From Lingula anatina (lineage: Eukaryota; Animalia; Brachiopoda), in contig CM120648.1 in assembly GCA_051362555.1 (NCBI GenBank), positions 2,519,721-2,583,720 on the forward strand: a stretch of 64,000 bases of DNA. The letters are read 5' to 3'. The translations under genes and the position numbers were made by a program. Below the pieces are notes generated by a model. It saw nothing but the letters and a program-made list of their open reading frames with translations. It ran no database searches and was not told the origin of the DNA. Shown piece after piece: positions 1 to 10,528 of this stretch; the first letter of the stretch is position 1; each line of letters opens with the position of its first letter.

Positions 1-21
1 GGCTAGGAGAAATAAACTTGG

Positions 22-333
22 GGGACCATTCAGATTGAGAAGAGCCGAGTGCTAGTAAGACCGCGACCTAAATATGGCGGACCTACATGAAAGGAAGATC
101 GCTTAATCCTGTAAGGGTCTTCCGCCTCTCACGCACCTCCTCACGCGTTGTCCCTCGACCGGCTGAATTGAGCCGAGATTTAATTATTTTGCCCCTGCAG
201 GGACGCCGCGTGGGGAGGCGTGTGAGAGGCGGAGATACCATTACAGTATTAAGCGGTCTTCTTTTCATGTAGGTCCGCTATATTTAGGTCGCGGCCTTAC
301 TAGCACTCGGCTCTTCTCAATCTGAATGGTCCC
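22..333. mobile_element. Fold-back MITE, family C (PIF/Harbinger-like)
   Basis: About 134-bp near-perfect inverted arms GGGACCATTCAGATTGAGAAGAGCCGAGTGCTAGTAAG...CTTACTAGCACTCGGCTCTTCTCAATCTGAATGGTCCC around a ~43-nt loop; flanks TGG/TCG. Confidence 0.88.
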
Positions 334-637
334 TCGGTTGCATGTACTGGAAAGACAGGCGGTGAGAATCATACACTGTACCATATTATTAGAGTGAACA
401 CAGCTTGAAAGTACACAATAAAACATCTTAACAAATTTATTTATCAAAACAAATAATCATTTCTCTCGAAACTACTCGTAAGAGTAAAAACCGAGATCGT
501 CATTTAGGACATAAATTTCCTTTCATTCTATACCGTTCAGACGGGCACGCATTAGCGGCTGTCGTGGCAAATTGCTCACTTCATTAATGCCCTAATGAGT
601 ACTAAATTGGCGCATTCATATAAACACAATCTTCCTG

Positions 638-813
638 CTTGGTTGGTCCAACTCTGCGGGGGATTCTGGCTAAAGTGCAATCGGTGGAATCAGCTTAATC
701 ACCACGCCATTAGTTAATTACCCCGTAGCTGCTCGATGAGGTGTGTCAAACAATTAAGGTGGTTCCACTGATTGCACTTGCGAAAATCCACCGCAGAGTT
801 TGGCCGACCCAGC
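638..813. mobile_element. Degenerate fold-back element carrying the family A loop motif
   Basis: About 60-bp inverted arms (AACTCTGCGGGGGATT..AAGTGCAATCGGTGGAATCAGCTTAAT / ATTAAGGTGGTTCCACTGATTGCACTT..AATCCACCGCAGAGTT); the loop contains GTTAATTACCCC. Confidence 0.7.
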
Positions 814-2328
814 TGTGTGAATCTGAATACTACTGTAGAGCGTAAATTTCAGGATGGAATTTTGCACGTCAATTAATTTTTGTACATCAAATTCAGAAGT
901 AGGTAATAAATTAAAAAAATATATACGATTTTGTATGAAAAAAATGAAATCTTCTTTATTACTTTGTAGTATTATTGTTCCTTTATTATAATCCTTTTGA
1001 TATGTGTGATTTGCTAAAATTTGTGGAAGGTGATTTTGCAGTTTAACGGTGATGTTGATGGTGCAACAGTCGGACAAAAATGGACGCCTATCGATGTTAG
1101 GGCGCACCCCTACAAGAATTCTGGTATAATAAAACTCGGGTGACATGTCTCTCCGGGGGGAAAACACTCTCTTTACAGGGCATCATCTTTGAAACGTTAT
1201 CAGTGACCACAGAAACCCGCCCGGAATCTTTGCTCTGTACATCGAATGCTTTTACTACTGTGTACGTGCCCTTTAGCATTGTCAGACAATCAGGTCTTGT
1301 ACGATTAGAACTCGTTTGGTTTTTTTTTTCATGCCAAAATCAAATTTGCGTAATACCGCGTGTTCGTAGGCGAAAACATTGATAATGAAGTTTGAATAAC
1401 TTGCGTGATCTCTTTGAAATGAATTGTCAGACATATTTCCTTCATCATTTTCTTACGTCTCCATATCCTGCCGTGATATTTTTAAAATGGCACACGTAAG
1501 TGCTGCGGTAGAATGGTGATCTGTCTTTGATCTTTTGTTGGCGTTCTCCTCGCCGTAGATTGCTCTGTCATGCCATGATATATACAATGTGAAAATCGTG
1601 CCGAGCGTTCTGTTGCAGGAGTTTTTGTCTCGCACGCAAAATTGCGAATATCGTCCATGGAAATGCTTCGGGAAATTTCAGTGCAGAGATTTCAACTAGC
1701 TTGGGACAGAATTTTCTTGTTGGTCCGCTAAAAGACGATCACAAAAAAATGTTTTAAAAAATGACGGTAGGCGCGTGTATTTTTTTGTCCTGCATGAGGG
1801 CGCAGTGCTCTGAATTATTTATGAATGGTTGCACACCATCATCATCTTAGAACCTCATTTATGAAATATCTATCGGTGAAGCAATGTAGAAAAGAACAAA
1901 AAACACCGATGACGCAAGAAGATGATACAGCGATTTACAACAGGAAATGCGCGAGACGTAATGTCTTCAGTTGCGTTAAACCCATCAGATCTTATATCCG
2001 CCAGCTTTGTGACTATTATTTGAAAAAGTTTTACTGGTTCCAAATATGACTTATGCAATTATGCTTGTACATGTATGTATAGGATGAGCTCGCGACAGCT
2101 AGCTGTACCGCGTTTATACCAATATCTTCGAAATGCGCCATTAAACTTAATGTTGAAATATATTCTTCCCAAATATTCAAATAACATGCATACAATGACA
2201 AGACAAGGAGTTAAAAGAAGGGAAAAAAAGATAAAAAGGGAAAGAAAGAAAGATAGATAGAAGGAAAAAATGCCATTAAGACAAAAAAGTTACAAAGGTT
2301 GAAAATGAACACATCTCTGTGCATGTAA

Positions 2329-2543
2329 GAGTGCATTCCCAGAGATTTAGATCGATCCATCCGGATCGACCTAACTCCCTGGGGGTTCACGCTAAATTGC
2401 AGTCAGCCGAGCGCGCACGACAGTTAATTACCCCCTTACAGCTTTTAGTAGGCGGGACAGACGCTTAAGCCGGCTAAGCTGACAGTAATCTAGTGAGACT
2501 CACCACAGGGATAGATCGATCTAAAATATGTGGGAATGGGGTC
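2329..2543 (+). mobile_element. PIF/Harbinger-type MITE, family A (215 bp)
   Basis: Ends GAGTGCATTCCC / GGGAATGGGGTC, TSD TAA; roughly 90% identical by eye to 49314-49528. Confidence 0.9.
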
Positions 2544-4788
2544 TAAGATAACAGGCCTGTAGGATTTCATTTCACTCGGCAATTTTATTTCTGGATGATA
2601 TATTGTGCCATCAACTCTGCCGGTAGTTTTGTAACGTAATCTTACTTCTCTTCGGGAGTAACATGCACATAATCAGACTCAAAAAACAGATAAATAAACA
2701 AAGCGGCCGTGTGTAATTTCCTTTCTGCATCAATTGGCAATAAAGAGAGATACGTGTCTATAACATTTGATCGTTTTTTGATGCTTTATATAATTTAAAA
2801 TCAGAACTGACCTAGTTTCGTTACAAAAGAATCCGGCTACTTTTTCTGTAGAAAATCTTGTCTCATATTCTCCCGGCTTGCTGGAGGTAATTTTTCTAAC
2901 AGCAATATAGCTTTAGCTTAAACCAGCGTTCGTGTTGTGGATCTGGCCTCAAGAATTCATACTAGTTATAAGTAAATATACTGTCACCCCAATCAGCAGT
3001 GTATGTGTGTGTGTGTGGGGGGGGGGGGGGAGGGGGGGGAGGTCCAATGAACATATTGAAGAAATAATACAGTTGTAAGACATCGATTTACGTCGCTTCG
3101 AAGACTATTGTGTCCTTCAGCAGGAAAATGTCAGAATCATTAGGGATCGAATTGACGTAGGACGTGAACACGCATCTTTTAATTTCTACGGCCAAAAACT
3201 TTTGTACGGTACAGACAAAGCGTGCTTTCAAAATGCTTCGTAAAAATCAATAAATCTGTCACTTTCATTCGTTTGCAAATTTCTTACGCTAATAGTTTGG
3301 TCCGTTGCCCGTTCTCAAATATTGTCCATTAGCCGAACTGTTAATATTTACTGCGGATAAGCACATTTGTTGTGACGTTAGATAACAGGCAAAAAAACAC
3401 ATTTAATTCAGTTTCCATTTCTTTCGAAATACCACCGACATCGTTTCAGTAACAGGTTTCGTTTTAAATATACTTTCGTTTCTGTACATAAAAAAATCTG
3501 AACACAATGTGTCTGATATATGGGAGGGACGGTCTCTATCGGATACCAGCAGAGTTCGTGCGGATTGAAACGTCTCAAGACTTAATGTCATCCGAACGAA
3601 GGTGCCTTATTCTCCTTCTCTCTTATGTCTTTACACTTTATCTTGCCTTTTGATATCAAAAGTGAAATAAGCATCTTATCTTTCGCACGTATACCTGTGT
3701 CTTAAAACATGCCTGCCAAGATGATGCTTGATATCTAATATGGAGTTGATGCGGGAGGAAAAAAAAAGGTTCGCAGCATGAACTGCACTGAATGAGATGT
3801 AATGAGATGTATTATACTGTGATTATGTATCAGGATGGTATGGGATTAACCTTTAATATCCTGTGAAGTATTATCATGAAAGCGTATGTGTTACCCTGGG
3901 GGAAATAGGGTCTTGTCTTGTGTTCCAAGTCAGCGCACATCCCTGGCCACGTGTTATTTGAATTGGAACTCAAAATAAACCGGCAACTGAGCTCAAATCC
4001 CAAAGTGTGCGCCGGACTGAAGAACTTGAAGGTTGGCCTTAACGTCCCTTTCCGTCATTCCGCTATTTAATGAGTAGTAAATTTAATTTCCGCCTTTTAC
4101 CTGTCTTTTTTATGTTGCATGCAAGCCGTCCACGTAACGTAACGATCGCTTTCGCGTCTGTATTAAGCAGGGAATTCAGATTTCTGTATTCAGCTCACAT
4201 GAGAGAAGCTTGCACTTAATAAGGCTTTAAGATAAAGATGTATTTAAGAAATGTGACCTTTTATACCTACAAACACAAATGTTACTAGCTTTATTCAGAG
4301 TAAATGAAGAATTAAAATCTAAAGATCATAGACGGAAACAGACGTTGAAGTAGGTTCCTTACGCACGAAAAAGTAGCCCGTACGTTGACTCTAACCAAGC
4401 ACACGGCTGTTTAGAGGTAAAGCTGGATATTCCGCATTTACAACATGTCTCAAACCATGAATTATTCCGAGAAAAGGTTTGAGTGCAACAAATGAAGAAC
4501 CCTTTTCAAGAATTTTTTTTCAGCAATTTTAGGACGTTAGTAGTTTTCTATTTACTTTTTAAATTTCTGTACTTTTTAAATACACCTATTCTACTGCTGC
4601 CCATGGGCCTCAACAGATTTAAATAAATTTCATTAAATTGAAAATTTTCATTGTTTTAATTTTTTCTTACTTCCATCCTTTTTTAGAGGAGGATTGGCCA
4701 TCCAAAGACGAGGTTCACACACAGGGACCAGTATGCCAAAGTCACATTTAGTGTGGGTGAGATGGAACGGGAAGGTAGAAATGTGTAA

Positions 4789-5034
4789 GACTGGATTCCC
4801 ATACTTAGAACGATCCATGTGGACCGACCTAACTCCCTGGGGGTTCACGCTAAATTGCTTTCAGCTCAAGAGGCTTAATGTCTGTTACATCTACCGAATT
4901 AGCTAGAGGTAAAGATAATTACCCCCTAACAACTTTTCTAGGCGTGACAGACATTTAAGCCGGTTAGTTTGATAGCAATTTAGTGAGACTCCCGTGGGAG
5001 ATAGATCGATCCAAATATCTGTGGGAATGGTCCC
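4789..5034 (+). mobile_element. PIF/Harbinger-type MITE, family A (longer variant)
   Basis: Ends GACTGGATTCCC / GGGAATGGTCCC, TSD TAA; shares GACCTAACTCCCTGGGGGTTCACGCTAAATTGC and TAATTACCCCCT with 2329-2543. Confidence 0.88.
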
Positions 5035-6198
5035 TAAGAATGATAACTGACTTCAGCAATTGGATTCTTGGAAGCTGACATATACTTTCCGAACTTCGAC
5101 CTCACGATGCGGTTCGGTAAACGTCTCCTTCCAGTCTATGTGCACTGACTGTGCCACTGGCCTTTTTTAATTAATTATTTTCTCGTAACGGTTTTCTGGC
5201 GGCGGCAATTATGTAAATAATTAATGGAGTGGATAGGCGAACTAATGACTAAAAGAGTGGTTTATAATTAAAAAACGTGAATGAATGAAAAGAACAATAA
5301 ATTATAATTACACATTGATGTATACCACTTGATTCATCAAATACACAAACGAACAGACAGATTTGAAAGAACAAACTATCAAAAAAACTACTCAAAAAAC
5401 AAACTACTCAAAAAACCTACATATAGGGCATGGACCACCTACCAACCATCACCGTGAATAGTAACTTCTATAGTCGACTTGAAAAATATCTTTCGTGTGC
5501 TCCAACCAAAGCTGTGTTTACCCGTGTTTACCTGTGTGAAATTCGACTTTAAGGTTCTTGTGTTCAATAGCTTAAAAACGAACCTGCTCCGTGTCATACT
5601 TACGTTATTTATTTTGTGCAGAAGTGTGAAAATATACAATTAGCCAACTTAATTTACTAGGACATCTTGTATTGCACAAGGTTGAATCTGTTGAGGATCG
5701 TTGGGGACAGGGTATTTTCAAGATGCCATTGTTCTTAAGGCCAGGAAAGCCGGTCGTTACAGAGATCTTAGAAAGTGTTTCTATATCACGAACTGTAAAT
5801 GTGGTAGTTCATCCAGTATATATCACTTGCCAAAATGTATGTTTGTACAATTAACCTTTTTTTTCAAAATATGTCAAAATCTATTCATAATACTAAAATA
5901 TCTAATATAGGATGTGTTAGCTAGCAAGGTGCCATGAAATAGGTAAGTTTTTCCCTCGTGTATATTCAAAAGTGCAGTTTCTTGCTACACACCTATCGAC
6001 TAACAGACGTTTACAACACACGAGTTAGAATGCAGTAAAATCGGTCGATAAGAAGGACACAAAGTTAACTAGAACAGTCTCTCTTTTTGCACAAACATTG
6101 TAGATCCATGGAATATCTTTCTGTCAAAACAAGAGATCTCAAAATGTCAGATGTGAAATGAAATAAATGTTTTATACATTTTCAAAATTTCATATGTG

Positions 6199-7640
6199 TT
6201 AATCATTCCAAAGCAAATGCACTACGCCGGCATCGTCAACTGAACCCATTTTGTTAAAGTCCCTTCTTGAGCATTTTCCGTCAGATGGCAGCAGCGGCGC
6301 TGCGCCATTACACATAGGGCTCGGAAGGCAGAATTCCTCATATTCGCTTATCTGTGAACCCCGTAAGTCGGACCGTCCTGGATTGTCCCTCACGAAAATA
6401 TTAGACAGACAAATCTCTTCCTGTTCAAGGTTTTGTCGGCCATGTTCTCCTCGCGCGCACCGTGAGCCTGGGAAGTACAGTTCCTCAGAAATAAGTGAGT
6501 GTCGCAGGTCCCCCTGAAGACCGCGTCGTTTCCAGTTGGTTGCCCGGTGAGGCAGACAGTCACAGTGTTGGTGTGTCCGAGTCGTGTTAGGGAGGGCTGT
6601 CTCGCAGCTGCTCAACGAAGAGGGAGCTGAATGTTCAAAGTGCTTCGATCTTTGCAACTCAGAACGTACCAACACGGCCGTCCCATTGGAATTAGATGCA
6701 AAGGGAGTCGGGCTGTGTCCCCTGTGCTCGCGCATCACATCCGGGCTACTGGAGCCCATCAGTGTGTAATTACTGGTATTTGGATACGCGCGGTACACAC
6801 AAATCCAATTCTCCTTACCTGTCTTTCGAGATGTACCCGACGCGTCCGTTATTGCTGTTGGCGACACCCTGTCCCGGTTACCCACTGTGGTCGAGAGCGA
6901 GGTACTGCCGGATTCCCGACGGGGGAGTTTGTGTGTGGCGCTGCGGCAAGTCCTGCAGCACTTGCCAAAAGCTTCTTTGAACTTGGTGGAGAACACGTTG
7001 TAGAGAACGGGGTTGAGGGCATTGTTTAAATAGAGCAACACGCGTATGCCGTTTGCTAGGTTGAGCATTCCTTCTTGAGAAATTCTTCTCTTAGACTCAG
7101 CACTGCCATATAGGATCCAAAACGTGAACACTCTAAAAGGCAACATGCACACAAAAAACGTTAACACTACAGCCATAAGCATGTAGGTGGTCTGTCGGCG
7201 CTGAATCATGTGTTTCATCAATTTTCGCGTTTTCTTTTGTTCACTTTGGCCCGACAGACCACGCCCCTCCACTATGAGCACCCTGCAAATTCGGGCGTAG
7301 ATGATGAGAAGAAGAAGAACTGGAATGGCGAAGAATATGGCGGTTAATGCCAAAACGTAATACTCCTTCCACTGTATATCAATAGAAGTTGTGCAAACAA
7401 TGACAGACTCGCCATTAAAATATCTTGTACTTTCCTGGTGAGCAATCCATAGAAAAGGAGAAGTGGAAGCCGCCGCTACAGCCCATATTACCAAGAGGAG
7501 CTTGACCGTGGTTTTGGAGGAGCGTTTTGATTTTGCGCTTAAAGGCCGGCAGATGGCGATATATCTCTCGATGCTGATGAATACGATAGACAACACGGAC
7601 GCATGGACTGTCATGTTTTCCAGAAAAGGAACAAATTTAC
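6199..7640 (-). CDS. ETHR-like class A peptide GPCR, paralog 1, coding exon 2 (TM3-TM7, helix 8, long C-tail)
   Basis: Polypyrimidine tract plus TTTACAG acceptor (CAG at 7643-7641 on minus). Phase-1 join rebuilds C-K-F-V-P-F-L-E. Motifs HASVLSI..ISIERY.AIC.PL, FFVCMLPFRV, YLNNALNPVLYNVFSTKFKEAF match the ETHR family as recalled. 403+1442=1845 nt = 614 aa + stop. Confidence 0.95.
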
Positions 7641-7741
7641 CTGTAAATAGAGAAAAGGAAATATGAACATGGGATATTTTGGGAGAATGTATCACAATTA
7701 TTTTATTAAACTTTTTATGGCATATCGATCAACTGACCCCC

Positions 7742-7743
7742 AA

Positions 7744-7798
<55 letters not shown>
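7742..7798 (+). repeat. (AAAT)n microsatellite
   Basis: Direct reading; lies ~100 nt upstream of the exon 2 acceptor as (TTTA)n on the transcribed strand. Confidence 0.95.
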
Positions 7799-8265
7799 AA
7801 TCTGATGTAGTCAGCTGCATTCACCTCTTCCTTGCTGAAAATAGGTAACCGTCATGCTCATAATTTTTTTTCATGGAGAATCGAGGGAAAAGAAGATCTC
7901 AGAGTTAATAAGATAGATATAAACTCTTTTTTTGCTGCAGAATGTATTTTGCAGCTTTTACAAGTAATTGCATGTATCATGGTCATGTTATGGTCATGAT
8001 GTACATTTGGGGCAGCCGTTACTTTTCATATCGTGTTACATTGGCACCGTGAGGCTAAACCAATCTTTTTATCCCAGGCATCTTATTTTGTGCCGTCTCT
8101 GTTACACACTCAGACCTGTGAGTCCTTACCCATGACACAGAGAGCAAGCCATGACACCCCCCCCCCCCATGACACACACAGGCCCGTGACACACACAGCA
8201 ATCCATGAAATACCCAATCATGACACTCGCCCCCAACAAAATGAATTGGAAAAGCGCCAGGCGTC

Positions 8266-8300
<35 letters not shown>

Positions 8301-8788
8301 GCAACCTTTCAAACAGTGACATGATCTCGGAATAATGTTCAAGGTAACACGACATTCTGACATACAGACCCTCTGCATTTTACAGAGTGTTCGACGTCAC
8401 GTGTGCGTGCACACACCGAACATACATACACACACACACACGAGCGCGCGCGCGCGCATGCACATAATTTAATAATTTAAGTCTTTAAATTATCAAGTTA
8501 ATTCAAACAGTCGTGTCTTTCTGACATTTCTGAGGTAAATATCTACACCAGGTCCAGACACAGGTGTATGAGGGGATTTATCGTTTCTAAGGCTTGATTT
8601 GGGAAAGTTAAGCACCTTAGCATGATACTCAGACGTAAAAAATATGGCTTTGTGACATTTTCGAATTCTTATAGTAAACCTTTAAATTGCCAATTTACGT
8701 AGATCATGTTTTTTTAGAATGACCGTTTGTGAGGTTATCGCCGCCGTTAATCTTCTTAGTTTTCAAGATAACTTGCTTGCCCTTGTGG

Positions 8789-9267
8789 GATCACCTAGAT
8801 TGCCTTGTGGTCAGATCGGGTGCGTCCAAAGCTGGAAGACTTAGGTTTGACCCTGTCCAGGGACATACCAGCGTTGTCCAGACCTGCGGTCTATTCGCTT
8901 GGATCCCAGGGCTCCGTAACTCGATAGCATCGCGAATTGTGACCGAGCGCAAACGTCTCGATTCCATAACTCAGGATTTACTCACCCCATATAGGCCGTA
9001 ATAACCTCGAAATGAAAGGTGATTCGCAATTCGCGATGCTTTCGAGTTACGGAGCCCAGGTCTTAAAGTGTAAAGATATTGTATGTATGAGTGTTGTCAG
9101 CGCCCCATGCGGCAGCTGGGCTGTATCCTCCATAGGGAGGTGAGAACATCTACATCAAGTCTGAGTCAGGATTAAAAAAAATATTCCATGCGAATTGTCA
9201 TCTAAAGCACTGGCAAACATCACTGAGAATGGTGTGCAGTAATTAAAAACACACTTTACATTACTTT
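8789..9267 (+). mobile_element. Probable decayed tRNA-derived SINE interrupted by the 147-bp MITE
   Basis: A-box-like TTGCCTTGTGGT (~8800), B-box-like GGTTTGACCC (~8844), central GGCAGCTGGGCTGTATCCTCCATAGGGAG and a LINE-tail-like TAAAGCAC...GTGCAGTAATTAAAAAC..TTACATTAC end. Confidence 0.55.
8910..9056. mobile_element. Harbinger-type MITE (147 bp) with CAG TSD
   Basis: 30-bp TIR GGCTCCGTAACTCGATAGCATCGCGAATTG / CAATTCGCGATGCTTTCGAGTTACGGAGCC (1 mismatch); CAG on both sides. Confidence 0.88.
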
Positions 9268-9700
9268 ACCTATGTGTGTATATCGTAAAGGCACTATATG
9301 CGGTATGGAACTAGTGAAATTAAAAAGTCTCTCTGCTGAAAAAAAAGTTATTAAGCACGTTACGCACTATGCATAGATGATAAAAACCGTGCAAACGGCC
9401 GTTCGCGTGACCAAGTGTGGAGAAAAATACCTTGAAAACCTCCAGCAAATCATGTTCGTGTCTGGGCCTGGATAATGCGCTGCTCGTTAAGTTCTGAGAA
9501 GTTGTCACTGACGTAAAGAAAGGTATTTTTGTTCTTCGCAATCCACAGATGACCCAAATGCCGTCATGTTATTTCATCGTACCTGAGATGGCATGGAAAT
9601 TGCTGTTTCAGTTAAAGTACTTGCATAACGGTAGGCTACAAATGAGTGTGTATGTATGAGTTTGACGTCATTGTGGGGACTCTCACTGTACAAGTACACT

Positions 9701-9802
9701 CAGGTGGCATAACGTGTTCCCGGGGGGACGGCCCTCAGGTAGAGTAAAGTGTCCCTGGGGACGGCCCTTAAGTAGCGTAACGTGTGACTCTGGGAACGGC
9801 CG
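9701..9802 (+). repeat. Minisatellite, ~34-bp unit x3
   Basis: CAGGTGGCATAACGTGTTCCCGGGGGGACGGCCCT / CAGGTAGAGTAAAGTGTCCCTGGGGACGGCCCT / TAAGTAGCGTAACGTGTGACTCTGGGAACGGCCGT. Confidence 0.8.
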
Positions 9803-9872
9803 TGGATGATTTTAACAAATAAGAGGAAAGGGTAATGAAATTATTTTTTTCAGATAAAAAAATCGATGATCA

Positions 9873-10528
9873 ATTAGGAAGAAAGACGATGGGAAAACGA
9901 CAACAAAGCGTAACGCATGTGCACTTGCCTAAGAAGAATGCATCACTTTCCGGACACTTTAAAATGAACTATTATGGGCCTCTCAACAAAGAAAAATGAA
10001 GATTGAAAAGTTCAATTAATGCTTTTTTCTTGGAAAACAACCTTTGAACATAGAATTAAGACTTAATAGCTCCGACTACAAGCTAATAGCCAACTAACTG
10101 GAAAGGAAAATAAGAAATGAAGTCCTAGGTAATGAAAGGTTCTCACGTCTAAATTTCAGCTAAATCCCTCGACAAATACGTTAAACACCACGAAACTATT
10201 TGACTTACAATACAGTAGAACGTCGATCATCTGCGTTTTGCTACGTGACAGTATTAGGCAGAAAGATGATGGAAAACGACAACAAAGCGTAACGCACTTG
10301 CCTGCGGAGAATGCATCATTTACCGATCAATCAATTAATGTATTTTTTCTTGGAAAACATTTGAACATAGCGGTAACCGCCATTGAGGACTTCATAATTC
10401 AACCTACACAATAAACTAACAATAAACTAACTGGAAAAAAAAAAAGAAATGACGTCCTAAGAAATGAAATATTCTCATGTTTGAAGTTCAGCTAAATCCA
10501 CTGACAAATATTTTAAACATCACGAAAC
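9873..10528 (+). repeat. Diverged local tandem duplication (units 9873-10196 and 10253-10528)
   Basis: Shared colinear blocks GGAAAACGACAACAAAGCGTAACGCA, TTTTTTCTTGGAAAACA, AACTAACTGGAAA, TTCAGCTAAATCC, CACGAAAC. Confidence 0.88.

Noticed and set aside
83-272. Mirror-image 61-aa ORFs on both strands
   Set aside because: Artefact of the palindromic MITE at 22-333.
754-1167. 137-aa minus-strand ORF
   Set aside because: No recognisable domain, non-ATG start, and it overlaps a decayed MITE arm.
6251-7029. Plus-strand ORFs overlapping exon 2
   Set aside because: Antisense shadows of GC-richer coding sequence.
7641-7695. N-terminal MIHSPKISHVHISFSLFTG of the 498-aa ORF
   Set aside because: Intronic polypyrimidine tract upstream of the CAG acceptor; the true N-terminus is exon 1 at 19642.
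9701-9802. Short repeats that might suggest a CRISPR array (also 44575-44646 and 21790-22028)
   Set aside because: Head-to-tail units without unique spacers, no cas genes, eukaryotic context.
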